Part shown: positions 1 through 10,050 of the stretch, one piece after another
How the letters are laid out: each line of letters starts with the position of its first letter
Position numbering within the stretch: the first letter of the stretch is position 1
Virus record (IMG/VR): IMGVR_UViG_2706795976_000001
Span: 34,137 to 98,136 of that record
Length of the DNA: 64,000 bases
Source of the DNA: a virus
Lineage: Duplodnaviria > Caudoviricetes
Direction: 5' to 3' (one strand)
Translations under genes and position numbers: made by a program
The notes under the pieces: model-generated
Databases searched by the model: none
What the model saw: only the letters and a program-made list of their open reading frames with translations
What the model was told of the DNA's origin: nothing

Positions 1-2
1 GC

Positions 3-488
3 GAGACAAACAAGTTCGCGGACGAGGGAAACATCCTCAACGTCTCGAGAAACATCAACGGATGGGTAACGACACCCAACGGAATGCCAGACAGAATCAA
101 ACGATGGAACAATTGCCTCAATATCGGGGCAGCATTACTACCCGAAGGAGATGACGGCATGGCAACTGCCGGAGATTACATCAAGGGACAATTCATGGGC
201 CCCAAGGACGCCGGGTGGGATCAACTCGCCCCGCAGCCGGACGAGAATGGCGTCCGGTGGAGCGCATTCCTGCGCAAGGCAGTCACTAAGCTCACCCTCG
301 TCGAGGCCATCGGACAGCTGGTGTGGGAGGCAACCCTCCGAATTGCACCGTACCGAAACGGAGCCCGTGCGAACGGCAAGGAAACCGTCCTCGGTCACGC
401 CGCTGCAGCCCACGGTGGCACCCTCGACATCCTAGACAAGCTCTCCCAGATCGAAGCCCGTCTCATCGAGCTCGAAAACGACAAGTAA
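3..488 (+). CDS. Lysin A (endolysin), 3' part; GH19 chitinase-like domain end plus C-terminal region
   Basis: Frame is open from base 3 (ETNKFADEGNILNVSRNINGWVTTPNGMPDRIKRW), matching the GH19 'xxxINGxxNGxxDRxxRW' motif; lies directly before a holin. Confidence 0.75.
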   Translation, partial: ETNKFADEGNILNVSRNINGWVTTPNGMPDRIKRWNNCLNIGAALLPEGDDGMATAGDYIKGQFMGPKDAGWDQLAPQPDENGVRWSAFLRKAVTKLTLVEAIGQLVWEATLRIAPYRNGARANGKETVLGHAAAAHGGTLDILDKLSQIEARLIELENDK

Positions 489-497
489 GGAACCACC

Positions 498-908
498 ATG
501 GCCAAGCACAGTGTTCCCGGCTCGCATGCCGGTGCCCTCGACGGAGCTCTCGAGTGGCTGCGTAACGTAGCCACCCCCGAGGCCCGCGCCAAGCTCTACC
601 GCCTCCAGATGGCGATCACCCTCCTGCTCGTCGGTCTCGGCGTGCTTACCACGTCCTCGGCTGCGGTGTGGGTTGGTCTCGTCTCCGGCGTCATCACCTT
701 CCTGTTCGCGGCTGTACAGAAGAGCCCGGCGTGGCGTACGCTCCTGTACGCAGTCCTTGCTCCAGCGCAGGCCTTTGCTCAGTACTACGGCTACCACAAT
801 GACCAGCTCTGGCTGAACGTCGGAGCGGCTGTGGCAACCGTCCTGGGTCTCGAGCTTGCGGCTGAGAAGGCCAAGACGTACCCGGTCGACCCCCCGGCGG
901 CGGCTTAG
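498..908 (+). CDS. Holin
   Basis: 136 aa, about 4 hydrophobic segments, immediately after the lysin, AAGGA RBS. Confidence 0.75.
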   Translation: MAKHSVPGSHAGALDGALEWLRNVATPEARAKLYRLQMAITLLLVGLGVLTTSSAAVWVGLVSGVITFLFAAVQKSPAWRTLLYAVLAPAQAFAQYYGYHNDQLWLNVGAAVATVLGLELAAEKAKTYPVDPPAAA

Positions 909-911
909 ACC

Positions 912-1343
912 ATGTCCATCTTCGGGCGGATCCGAGAATCCCTGGAGACGGGCCAACCGGCCGAGCGCTGGTTCCGAGTTGTCTCATACCTGATGATCTT
1001 CCTCGCGGGAATCATTGCGGGGATTCGTGAGCCGGAGACGTTCGAGAACGCACTGAACCCGCTCTCCCTGTGGGCGTGCTCGGTATTCCTCCTCGTGGGA
1101 GGCCTGCTGGGATCGTGGGCGGTGCTGACCCAGAGATACATGTTCGAGAGGGTGGCAATCCCGTTTAGCGTTACGGGTCTACTGATCTTCCTTCTCGCGA
1201 TCTGGACCCTCGAGCTCCCGGCGACATGGACCAGGTACCTGATCACCGCAGTCTTCATCGCGCTCTGCTCCAAGCTGTTTGCTCGATGGTTCTTCACTAC
1301 CGCGCTGGTTCAGGAACAGCTAGATCGGCCGGAGAGGATCTAA
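912..1343 (+). CDS. Membrane protein (about 4 TM), lysis cassette
   Basis: Multiple hydrophobic helices; position in lysis cluster. Confidence 0.7.
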   Translation: MSIFGRIRESLETGQPAERWFRVVSYLMIFLAGIIAGIREPETFENALNPLSLWACSVFLLVGGLLGSWAVLTQRYMFERVAIPFSVTGLLIFLLAIWTLELPATWTRYLITAVFIALCSKLFARWFFTTALVQEQLDRPERI

Positions 1344-1347
1344 GCCA

Positions 1348-1701
1348 ATGACAGCTGCCGAGATCGCCATCATCCTGACGGCGATCGGCGGCGGAGCAGG
1401 TTTCAAGGCAGTTATTGACGCTATCCGTACGGGAGTACCACACAAGCGTGCCGGTGTGGAATCGGAAGCAATCCAGTCGATCATCGCCGATCGGAATAGG
1501 GCCATCGAAGAACGAAATAGGGCCGTGGAATCCGAGCGTGAAGCCTGGTCACGCGCCGACCAAATGGAGAGCCGGTACGACAAGATGGCCATGTCACGCA
1601 ACAAGTGGCGAGACCGATCGTATCGAGTTGATGCCTGGGTTACCAAGCACCTCAGCACCTCTCCGGAGACCTACCCCGACCAGATCAAGGATGACGACTG
1701 A
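1348..1701 (+). CDS. Single-TM plus coiled-coil lysis accessory protein
   Basis: N-terminal TM with GGGAG followed by a charged coiled coil; typical of actinophage lysis cassettes. Confidence 0.6.
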   Translation: MTAAEIAIILTAIGGGAGFKAVIDAIRTGVPHKRAGVESEAIQSIIADRNRAIEERNRAVESEREAWSRADQMESRYDKMAMSRNKWRDRSYRVDAWVTKHLSTSPETYPDQIKDDD

Positions 1702-2777
1702 TGCCAACCTACGGTGAACTCTTTGGTGAGCCGACAGACGTCCTGCACCCCGAGTTCCGCATCTACGCCATTGACGAGAGCGAAGCCGGGGTGCCGATTC
1801 GGCATCTGTCCATCTCCCTCACCCCCACGCAGGCCACCATGGAGATCCCCCGGGGAGCCCCGGGAGAAACGGGTCCACAGGGCCCTCCTGGTGACCCCTG
1901 GATTCACATGGGGGACCGGACCACTGCCCAGATCGCGGCGCTGTCCCTAGGCACCGCAGACAAGGCTAAGGCGTACCGGAACAGCGACACCAACGCCCTG
2001 CACTACTGGACCGGCACGGCGTGGATTGTCTACAACAACGCATTCGGCATGCAGGGGCCCCAGGGTCCACAGGGTGGTCTCTCTGATGTCACCATCGAGA
2101 TGCTGCCCGAAGGCGAGGACCCGGTGGCATCGGTCACTGGAGCCCCTGGTAGTCAGGTACTCAACCTCGAGATCCCCGAGAAGCCCGGGCCGCAAGGCGC
2201 TACGGGCCCGGCCTCGAGTATTGTCCTGGCCGAGGACTTCGACGACGCAGTCACCCCGTTCAACGGTGCGGTGCTGCGCTACAACGACACCACAGACAAG
2301 TGGTATGCCGGTTCGCCTATCAGCCTCCGTCAGTACTCGATTCCCACATCGGCGTTTGTGGACGTCAACACCTCCTTCACGGACAGCTACAAGCTGATCG
2401 GAACCTTCCCGCTCGACGCACTCGACCACGCCACCACGCTCCACGTCACCGGCCGGTTCATTGTGAGCCAGAGCAACACCTCCCGCATCGCGATTGAGGT
2501 GCGCCTAGGTGCCCCGGGCCCAGCCGACGGTACGCTCATCGCCAAGGGTATCGCACTCTCCGGTACGGGCGAGCAGATCGTCAACATCATGCCTCACTAT
2601 TCAACCCCTGCGTCACCGGCTACCGCAACAGCACCCGGTGGATACATAGGAGTAATCCCCGCCACCCACACGGGCAACACGGGGACTATCTATGTCTCGG
2701 TCATCCGCCTCGGTGGTGTCGGCTCCTGGCAGGTCAAGTCCGACTACGCGCAGGTGTCCGTACTTCGCCACTCGTAA
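1701..2777 (+). CDS. Minor tail protein with short collagen-like G-X-Y repeats
   Basis: GAPGETGPQGPPG, GMQGPQGPQG; beta-rich C-terminus. Confidence 0.75.
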   Translation: MPTYGELFGEPTDVLHPEFRIYAIDESEAGVPIRHLSISLTPTQATMEIPRGAPGETGPQGPPGDPWIHMGDRTTAQIAALSLGTADKAKAYRNSDTNALHYWTGTAWIVYNNAFGMQGPQGPQGGLSDVTIEMLPEGEDPVASVTGAPGSQVLNLEIPEKPGPQGATGPASSIVLAEDFDDAVTPFNGAVLRYNDTTDKWYAGSPISLRQYSIPTSAFVDVNTSFTDSYKLIGTFPLDALDHATTLHVTGRFIVSQSNTSRIAIEVRLGAPGPADGTLIAKGIALSGTGEQIVNIMPHYSTPASPATATAPGGYIGVIPATHTGNTGTIYVSVIRLGGVGSWQVKSDYAQVSVLRHS

Positions 2778-2790
2778 CATCTAGGGAGCC

Positions 2791-4557
2791 ATGAACGAGA
2801 CTAACAAGCTCATGGCCACTCAGATCTTTGAGTGGCTGGACTTCACTGTAGACATCATTGAGATTCTGCAGTTCATCGGAGACCTCCGTGAGCTTGTCGA
2901 CGCCATCATGCAGGCATTCGGTGGTAATTTTGAACCACTCACAGACTGGGTTGAGGCGTTTGTCGCGGATCCATGGCCAGGGTTCGAATGGCTATCCGGG
3001 CTTGGCGACTGGTCGTCGCTAGACACCATCTTTGCCCCATTTAGTGCCATTGGTGATGCAGTTGAGGGTGTCCAAGGAATCATCCTGAATGTCATCAACG
3101 CCATCATGTCCGCGATCCGTAAGGTGCCTGTCGTGGGCGGCGAGATCGCCGACCGTATCGGGGAGATGAAGACCGACGTTGGGGGTGTCGCTGACACAGC
3201 CCAGGAGGCATCCCAGCAAGCAGAGAGTATCAGTAACCAAGTTCATTATGTGCGAGAGGTCATCTCGCTACGAGCGGGCCGAAGTGTTTGGGAGACCGGA
3301 CCCGACCGCACGGGAACGGTCAGCTTCCCATTTGGCCTACTGAACATCATGGGTGGATCCTTCACCACCTCCAGCGAATCTCACACTCACACCATTAACG
3401 GCAGTACCGCCAACGCGACTGCCGGTGGAACATCCCACTCGCACAGCAATGGCGGACTGAACAACACCAGTAATAGCCATAGCCACACGGGAACTGTGGG
3501 TGGCTCCGTCCCCACTGTGAACGTCACCGCCACGTATGCTCCTTGGGGAAACCTGATTTTCGACTCGAATGCCGAGCGAAGGGTGCTCACCTTCATCGGC
3601 ATGAGAACCGGAACAGTAACCTCCTTCAACCTCGATCTATACAAGATGGAAGAAGACGGATCCAGCACTCTGGTTTACTCGAGTCCGGACCTGGCACCCG
3701 GGCTAGGTGCAACCCTTCAATGGCAGCAACATCTCCTGCCCAACAAGGTACTTACCGACATTGGAGACATATACGACGTCCAGTTCCGAATGGTTGGGTC
3801 GGGGACAGTTACGGTTGCCGGTGTCAATATGCCATACCCGACACCCATTCCAGGGCTCAGGCCCTACTCGTCGGGATCGGCGAGAAACCCATCCTCCAGC
3901 CCAGCTCCAACAACGATCAGCACCGCCACCAGGGATTCGATGTACGTAGGACCTACACCGTGGATCTCCTTCGGAATTGATGTTGGGCAGACCGCAATCC
4001 CGCGTTACTTCTACGACGATCTCAATCGTACTTCCTGGGGGTCCAGCTGGGTCATCGCCCAGGATATGGGCCTCAGCAGTGGTCGGGCCTATCACCCAGG
4101 AGGGTTCCTCACTGGAGGGGACGGCCGATCGATATGGCAGCAGCAGACCCTCACCGACACCGTGGAATCTACATTCACGATCACGACCGCCAATTCTGGA
4201 TTCATGGGCGTGGGTATCTGCCTGAATTCCAGCGGTACGGCCGGGGCCTGGGTGATGGTCAACAATGAGGAAACCAACCTATGTACCGGTTCGTATGAAA
4301 TAGCCAATCGAACCGAAAGATCCACCGCCCCAATCGGTGGGGCGGGATCGTATAAGGTCAGGTACACTGCCGTCGATAACACTTACCGGGTTTACAAGGA
4401 CGGCTCAACCACGCCCATAATTTCATGGGTTGACTCGTCTAATGTTGTCACTCACGGACTGGGGCGAAGGTGGGTCGGAATCATCGCCGCCAAGGGCTCC
4501 TTCCAGGACTCTTCCTATCTGGACAACTGGTCGGCCTACGACTACTCAGCTGCATAA
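2791..4557 (+). CDS. Minor tail / receptor-binding protein
   Basis: Helical N-terminus, three HxH motifs, lectin-like C-terminal domain; tail cluster position. Confidence 0.7.
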   Translation: MNETNKLMATQIFEWLDFTVDIIEILQFIGDLRELVDAIMQAFGGNFEPLTDWVEAFVADPWPGFEWLSGLGDWSSLDTIFAPFSAIGDAVEGVQGIILNVINAIMSAIRKVPVVGGEIADRIGEMKTDVGGVADTAQEASQQAESISNQVHYVREVISLRAGRSVWETGPDRTGTVSFPFGLLNIMGGSFTTSSESHTHTINGSTANATAGGTSHSHSNGGLNNTSNSHSHTGTVGGSVPTVNVTATYAPWGNLIFDSNAERRVLTFIGMRTGTVTSFNLDLYKMEEDGSSTLVYSSPDLAPGLGATLQWQQHLLPNKVLTDIGDIYDVQFRMVGSGTVTVAGVNMPYPTPIPGLRPYSSGSARNPSSSPAPTTISTATRDSMYVGPTPWISFGIDVGQTAIPRYFYDDLNRTSWGSSWVIAQDMGLSSGRAYHPGGFLTGGDGRSIWQQQTLTDTVESTFTITTANSGFMGVGICLNSSGTAGAWVMVNNEETNLCTGSYEIANRTERSTAPIGGAGSYKVRYTAVDNTYRVYKDGSTTPIISWVDSSNVVTHGLGRRWVGIIAAKGSFQDSSYLDNWSAYDYSAA

Positions 4558-4566
4558 GGACACATC

Positions 4567-4920
4567 ATGGCTGTAGGAAACCTCTTCCCCCCTCCACCGA
4601 CGAAGTACCTGCCGGTGTCGAAGGGTGCCGACCTGTCGTTCACGGTCACCTACAAGCCTGGTGGTGTGGAGGCCAGTTGGCCCGTCGGGTGCACGGTCAT
4701 CCTCGAGGTGGATGTGGTCAAGGGTGGTGAACCCTTCCGACAGCCCTACGTCCCGGGGGACAATGCCAAGTGCCCCATCCGTGTGGAGTCCGGCGTGACT
4801 GACACCTGGAAGGATGGAATGCTCTGGCGCATCCTGCTTTCCAAGCCGGACAACCCTTCGCTTGAGATCCCTGTGGTCAACGGAGAGGTCAAGCGGTTCG
4901 ACGGGAAGATGGGCCGATGA
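4567..4920 (+). CDS. Small tail-associated beta-sandwich protein
   Basis: 117 aa beta-rich ORF in the tail operon with an RBS. Confidence 0.55.
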   Translation: MAVGNLFPPPPTKYLPVSKGADLSFTVTYKPGGVEASWPVGCTVILEVDVVKGGEPFRQPYVPGDNAKCPIRVESGVTDTWKDGMLWRILLSKPDNPSLEIPVVNGEVKRFDGKMGR

Positions 4921-5270
4921 GTACCGAGTTTAGTGTTGAGTCGGACCTCAACTTCGACTTCACTACTGACGCACCAGGTTTCGTGTATGACCCGGAGCCC
5001 GGAGAGACTGTGGTCGTCGTCGCTACCGGTGGCACACCGGGGCCTCCCGGGCCACCCGGAGCAGACGGCGAGAACTGTGCACACTACAAGCACATCCAGA
5101 ACAACCCCGCCAATCCGTGGATCATCGAACACGGCATGGTCAACGAGGTGGCAGCAGTCCACATCGTGGCAAACGGGGAGCCCATCATGGCTTCCTGGAT
5201 CGAAAACCCAATCGGCACAGTGACTATCAGCTTTGGTGGACCCTGTTCCGGACACGCAATTCTTACCTAG
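4917..5270 (+). CDS. Minor tail protein
   Basis: GTPGPPGPPGADG collagen stretch and 'WIIEHGM' motif; ATGA overlap. Confidence 0.6.
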   Translation: MSTEFSVESDLNFDFTTDAPGFVYDPEPGETVVVVATGGTPGPPGPPGADGENCAHYKHIQNNPANPWIIEHGMVNEVAAVHIVANGEPIMASWIENPIGTVTISFGGPCSGHAILT

Positions 5271-5279
5271 GAGCCGACT

Positions 5280-6386
5280 ATGGCACTCATGAAGCTGGGC
5301 AACCATCTGGATGCCAATGGCTACGAAATCCGCAACATCCTCGTCGAGGTGGTTGGCACGCTGCCGACCCCGACCACCGCTATGGAAGGCCGCATCGTCT
5401 GGCTCTCCACCACGGATCGGTTCTACGCCTGCAACGGCCCGGCGTGGGTCAACCCCGCTACCGACTCGGACGCCCTGGCCGGGCAGACCTCGGCATGGCA
5501 CCGGGACCGCACCAACCACACTGGATCCCAGGCAGCCTCAACCATTTCCGATCTCGCTGCGGTGGTCAAGGCCTACCGCCACGACGAGTTCGCCGCTCCC
5601 ACTGCTGATGTGTCGTGGGGCTCGCGGAAGCTCACCAACCTCGCGAACGGTACGGCCAACAACGACGCCGTCAACAAGAGCCAGCTGGATGCCGTCTCGG
5701 CCGTCGCTAACTCGGCCGCGCTGGGCGTCTCCATCAAGGAGCCGGTGCGCGTAGTTTCCAAGACCAACATCACCCTGTCCGGCACGCAGACCATCGACGG
5801 TGTGGCTCTCGCTGCTGGCAACCGCGTGCTCGTTGCCGGTCAGACCACTGCAGCGAACAACGGCATCTATGTCGTGGCTGCCGGGGCCTGGGCGCGCGCA
5901 ACCGACATGGACGCCACGGGTGAAGTCAAGCCGGGTACCATGGTCGCCGTCACCGAAGGCACCACGGACGCCGACTCGATCTGGATCCTGACCTCGGACG
6001 CGGCCGTCACCATCGGCACCACGGCTCAGACCTGGACCAAGTTCATCAGTGGCGGCGGCACGACTTACACCGCTGGCAACGGCATCACCATCTCGACTGG
6101 TGTCATCTCCGTTCAGGCGCACACCGGCATCTCGGTCACCGGGTCGGGTGTGGCCATCGACACCGCCGTCGTGGCCCGCAAGGTCGTCATGGACGTCCCC
6201 TCGGGTAGCGCGGAGACCTCGATCTCCCACAACCTGAACAACCAGTACCCCCAGTGGCAGGTCTACGAGGTCTCCACGAACATCCCCGTCCTGGTACCCT
6301 TCACCCCCTCCGGCGTCAACGGTGGTACACTGTCCTTTGCGAGTGCTCCATCGACCAACCAGTACAAGGTCATCTTCATCGGTTAG
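5280..6386 (+). CDS. Tail fibre / virion decoration protein
   Basis: Motifs 'KLTNLANGTANNDAVNKSQL', 'LSGTQTIDGV...RVLVAGQTTAANNGIYVV...W.RATD' and 'YTAGNGI'. Confidence 0.75.
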   Translation: MALMKLGNHLDANGYEIRNILVEVVGTLPTPTTAMEGRIVWLSTTDRFYACNGPAWVNPATDSDALAGQTSAWHRDRTNHTGSQAASTISDLAAVVKAYRHDEFAAPTADVSWGSRKLTNLANGTANNDAVNKSQLDAVSAVANSAALGVSIKEPVRVVSKTNITLSGTQTIDGVALAAGNRVLVAGQTTAANNGIYVVAAGAWARATDMDATGEVKPGTMVAVTEGTTDADSIWILTSDAAVTIGTTAQTWTKFISGGGTTYTAGNGITISTGVISVQAHTGISVTGSGVAIDTAVVARKVVMDVPSGSAETSISHNLNNQYPQWQVYEVSTNIPVLVPFTPSGVNGGTLSFASAPSTNQYKVIFIG

Positions 6387-6395
6387 GACTAGACC

Positions 6396-6827
6396 ATGCC
6401 CGACGTCGAATACCGGGGCCCGGGGTCTTCCTCGAGCTCGGTTGTCAAAAGGTCCTACGTGGACGGCAAGATTGAGCCGTATGACATGACCATCGTTGCC
6501 TTCGGTAAGGACACTACTCGAGCGACGGGCACGGGAGACAACCCCTTCGGTATCCGCCTCCGCCGTGCGGTGCAGCTCAAGGCCGTCCACTACCGGTGCA
6601 ACACCGCATCAGGGTCGGGCACCCTCTCGGTGGAGCTCCGGCAGAATGGTGTGGCCATCGCAGGCACTGCAGCGGCCATCGCTGTAGCCAACCAGGTGAC
6701 TGGTGCTACCGTGTCGGGTCTATCTGTTAACCTGGCAGCCGGAGACATCCTCACCGTCCAGATCACTGCTGTCGGGGGCACCCCTGGTAAAGGCTTGGTC
6801 GCAGACATCGAGGCTGTCGCGATCTGA
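6396..6827 (+). CDS. Minor tail protein
   Basis: Beta-rich; 'LAAGDILTVQITAVG..PGKGL' motif; tail cluster. Confidence 0.6.
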   Translation: MPDVEYRGPGSSSSSVVKRSYVDGKIEPYDMTIVAFGKDTTRATGTGDNPFGIRLRRAVQLKAVHYRCNTASGSGTLSVELRQNGVAIAGTAAAIAVANQVTGATVSGLSVNLAAGDILTVQITAVGGTPGKGLVADIEAVAI

Positions 6828-7687
6828 TGCACGTCTACTCGTTCCCGCCACCGGCAGCCCCGTTCGTTAAGCAGCAGATCAACAAGGTCGGCCGGTTCTC
6901 CTTCTCCAACCTGTCTCCTGCTGTACCGGTGACTGGTTGGTCTTCTGACGGAACCTCACCCGGCACTCTGGTTAGCGACAGCATCCTCGACGTTGTCGGC
7001 TCGAGCGGTCTGGTTACTGTGCACGCCCTCGTTCGCCTCGGCCGCAACTCCACGTCCGGCATCCCCACCGTCCAGCTCGTTGTAAACGGCGCGGTGGTCG
7101 ACTCAGTGGAGGCACAGCCCAACTCCACGCAGTTCGGCAACACAGACCCACTGCGCGGCAGGCCCTCCTGGCTGCAGTGGACTGGGTCCATCAACGCGGG
7201 CGACGACATCATGCTCTCCGCGCTACGCACAACCTCCACCACGGGGTATGTGAACGATGGATCCTACCTGCTGATCGAGCCTGGGAATACCACCTACACG
7301 ATGCAGCGAATGTACAAGAACACCTCGACGTTCAGCGTGCCTAACAGCCGAGCGATCGTCACTGGGTGGACTGCAGATGCGAAGTACCCCGGAAGCACGG
7401 TAAGCAGCAATCAGCTCGCCACTACGCTCAGCGGTACGGGTACTGCACGGGCGTACATCGTCAGCACTGGAAATAACTCCCCCGTTGAGGCATACCTCAT
7501 GATGGACGGAGTGGACATCGGCAGCGTTACCATCCCCGGCAGCGACGCGACCGGGTACTGGATCACCGTACCCAACGTCACATTCACCGGATCAAACCTA
7601 CTGAAGCTCGAAGCCCGGCGCACGAACACCTCGTTTACCCGGGCTATAGAGGACAACTCACCCGTCATCGAAGCATCCATCCCCTGA
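6827..7687 (+). CDS. Minor tail protein with two repeated beta domains
   Basis: Internal duplication (VTGWSSDGTSPGTLVS / VTGWTADAKYPGSTVS). Confidence 0.65.
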   Translation: MHVYSFPPPAAPFVKQQINKVGRFSFSNLSPAVPVTGWSSDGTSPGTLVSDSILDVVGSSGLVTVHALVRLGRNSTSGIPTVQLVVNGAVVDSVEAQPNSTQFGNTDPLRGRPSWLQWTGSINAGDDIMLSALRTTSTTGYVNDGSYLLIEPGNTTYTMQRMYKNTSTFSVPNSRAIVTGWTADAKYPGSTVSSNQLATTLSGTGTARAYIVSTGNNSPVEAYLMMDGVDIGSVTIPGSDATGYWITVPNVTFTGSNLLKLEARRTNTSFTRAIEDNSPVIEASIP

Positions 7688-7697
7688 TAAGGAAACC

Positions 7698-8285
7698 ATG
7701 ATCAACCGGGCCCTCGCGATCGTCACCTCTGTGGTCGCAGCACTCTTCCTCCTCGCCGCACCGGCCAACGCGGAACCCGTCACCGTCAATGGCGGTGATC
7801 AATTCTCTGTCGTTGGGGGACAGTTCTCCCCCACCCTCGCAGCTGTCGGGTACTGGCAGGGTCAGCGTGTCGCAATGACTGCCTCTCACAACGGATCCAA
7901 GGGTACGGTGGCACTCAAGAACGGTGTGCGGTTCGGTGAGTTCATCACCAACCCGAACGAGCTCGGCCGCGACGTCGGTTTCATCAAGCTCGATGACGAC
8001 GTCGCATTCGGGCACAACCGTGGACTTTCGGTGGTCGCTGATCCCAAGCCGGTCTACGTGGTCTGCAAGTACGGCTACGGCATTGCCAACTCGGGTGAAC
8101 GCTGCGGCCTCAACATCTCCGCATCAGCCACCAAGATGTGCTCCCTGTACCTCACCACGCCCCAGGACTCTGGTGGCCCGGTGTACTGGGGCAATCGCCT
8201 CTTTGGCGTCAGTAGCCAAGTCCTGGCCGGTGGATGTCCCTCCACTGCAGCCAAGGTCAACGGTGTAGGCTTCACCTTCCCCTGA
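7698..8285 (+). CDS. Secreted trypsin-like (S1) serine protease
   Basis: Signal peptide ending APANA; triad motifs TASH, RDVGFI, QDSGGPV. Confidence 0.7.
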   Translation: MINRALAIVTSVVAALFLLAAPANAEPVTVNGGDQFSVVGGQFSPTLAAVGYWQGQRVAMTASHNGSKGTVALKNGVRFGEFITNPNELGRDVGFIKLDDDVAFGHNRGLSVVADPKPVYVVCKYGYGIANSGERCGLNISASATKMCSLYLTTPQDSGGPVYWGNRLFGVSSQVLAGGCPSTAAKVNGVGFTFP

Positions 8286-8293
8286 TCTAGACC

Positions 8294-8335
8294 AAGAAGC
8301 CCCCCTCGGAACTCCGGTACGAGGGGGGCTTCTTT
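8294..8335 (+). terminator. Intrinsic terminator, possibly bidirectional
   Basis: AAGAAGCCCCCCTCG ... CGAGGGGGGCTTCTTT hairpin after the tail operon. Confidence 0.8.
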
Positions 8336-8530
8336 GTGTCTCGAGGCGCTGCGATCAGAAAGGAAGGAAAGGTGCGACCCTCATCCACGCTCTCGATCAG
8401 CGACCCTGTTCCGGGTGTGCAAGGACACCTCTAGACACGGCCTAATGTACCCCGGTCTGCCATGGTGCGCAACCCCCTCCTCGCAGAAAGTTTCTTGGTG
8501 TACACTGAGCTGCGACGAAGGGAGAAGTGC

Positions 8531-8857
8531 ATGCCACATGGAGAAGATGGACACGGGGATCGCCCCGGGGAGCAGGAGGGGAAGGTGCCGCCTGCAGACC
8601 AGAGACTGTGGGTCCTGCCACCGGGATTCGACGAGCTGGACACCCAGGAGGCTTGGGACCTCGGGATCCGGGACGATCCGATCGACTACAAGGCACTGCT
8701 CTACAGCTTCCAGGAGCATATCGACGGCTGGATCGACAACATGTGGACAGTCCTCGACACTTCCCAGCAGTTCGGCTACGAGAAGGAGTTCGAGCCCACC
8801 CGCAAGGTTGTGGAGAACCTCGAGCGACACGTTCGCGACTGGCACAGGGGGAACTGA
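8531..8857 (+). CDS. Hypothetical acidic protein
   Basis: ATG after GGAGAAG; stop overlaps the xseA start. Confidence 0.55.
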   Translation: MPHGEDGHGDRPGEQEGKVPPADQRLWVLPPGFDELDTQEAWDLGIRDDPIDYKALLYSFQEHIDGWIDNMWTVLDTSQQFGYEKEFEPTRKVVENLERHVRDWHRGN

Positions 8858-10050
8858 TGTCACCCACTTCTGAAGATGCACCATGGAGTGTCAACAAGCT
8901 CTCCACCGAGGTGTACGAGTATGTCCGCAAGCTCGGTGAGGTCTGGGTTGAGGGTGAGGTCACCAAAGCTCAGATCCGTGGTGGACGTCGCCTGTCGTTC
9001 CTGAACGTCCGGGACCTCCACCGCAAGGAGAGCATCCAGGTCACGGCCGACGGCGGTGTCATCCCCGACACGCTGCAGGTGGGTACCTCCGTGCTCATGC
9101 TCGGCAAGCCGCAGTACTGGAAGTCCAACGGCAATATGTCTCTGCGCATCACGAAGATCCGCGAGATTGGTGCCGGTACCCTGGCTGCCGAGCTCGCCGC
9201 ACTCGAGCAGAAGATGGACCGCGAGGGACTGTTCCACCCACGGCACAAGATCCCCTTGCCCCACATCCCCAGGCGCATCGGGCTCATCACTGCCAAGAAC
9301 TCTGATGCCGAGCGCGACGTGATCAACGTGGCACGGGACCGGTGGCCGGGGGTGTCGTTCAAGACCTTTGCCGTTCCCGTCCAGGGCAAGTCCACGGTGC
9401 GCGAGGTGAAGAAGGGTCTCGAGGAGCTCGACCAGGACCCGGGCGTCGACGTCATCATCTGCACCCGAGGCGGTGGATCCAAGGAGGACCTGCTGCCGTG
9501 GTCTGATGAGGGCTTGGTGCGTGCGGCGTTCGCTTGCAACACCCCCATTGTCTCCGCGATCGGTCACGAGAACGACTGTCCACTCCTTGACCGTGTGGCG
9601 GACCTGCGTGCCTCGACGCCCACCGACGCTGCGAAGAGGGTTGTGCCAGACCTCAAGTCTGAGATAGCCTCCATCGAGCGGATGGTGAAACACCTCGAGG
9701 ACACGGCGTTATGGCGCATCGAGGCTCAGGTAGGGATGGTCAACAACCTAGCGAGTAATGGTGCGGCACTTGCGTATCGGGACATCGACAATCATGTCAA
9801 CGGCGTTACGCGCCTAGCCAAAGATCTAGAGGTGGGTGCCCTTCTGCAGCTCGAGACCGCCGAGTCTGAGCTGAACTACCTCGAGGAGATCCAGAACGCG
9901 GTTGACCACACGAAGACACTGAGGCGCGGATACGCCATTCTGGTGGACTCGGCTGGCAATATCGTTAGCCACCCCGGTGACGGCGAATTGCTGCAAGTGA
10001 TAACACACGATGACGAATACCTTGTCGTCGTTCAGAGAGGAGATGCATAG
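8857..10050 (+). CDS. xseA: Exodeoxyribonuclease VII large subunit
   Basis: N-terminal OB fold (VWVEGEV); RIGLIT, VQG, RGGGSKEDL, SAIGHEND, ASTPTDAA and LRRGYA motifs; start set at the TGATG overlap. Confidence 0.93.
   Translation: MSPTSEDAPWSVNKLSTEVYEYVRKLGEVWVEGEVTKAQIRGGRRLSFLNVRDLHRKESIQVTADGGVIPDTLQVGTSVLMLGKPQYWKSNGNMSLRITKIREIGAGTLAAELAALEQKMDREGLFHPRHKIPLPHIPRRIGLITAKNSDAERDVINVARDRWPGVSFKTFAVPVQGKSTVREVKKGLEELDQDPGVDVIICTRGGGSKEDLLPWSDEGLVRAAFACNTPIVSAIGHENDCPLLDRVADLRASTPTDAAKRVVPDLKSEIASIERMVKHLEDTALWRIEAQVGMVNNLASNGAALAYRDIDNHVNGVTRLAKDLEVGALLQLETAESELNYLEEIQNAVDHTKTLRRGYAILVDSAGNIVSHPGDGELLQVITHDDEYLVVVQRGDA

Noticed and set aside
5538-6590. Long antisense ORFs (also 8860-9693, 27014-27778, 29641-30444, 36165-37325)
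   Set aside because: Shadow frames expected in high-GC coding DNA opposite clear genes
8527-8856. 110-aa N-terminal extension of XseA in the ORF track
   Set aside because: Overlaps another likely gene in a different frame; homology starts at ATG 8857. Similar over-extended starts were trimmed for int, the phosphatase and ORF 50741
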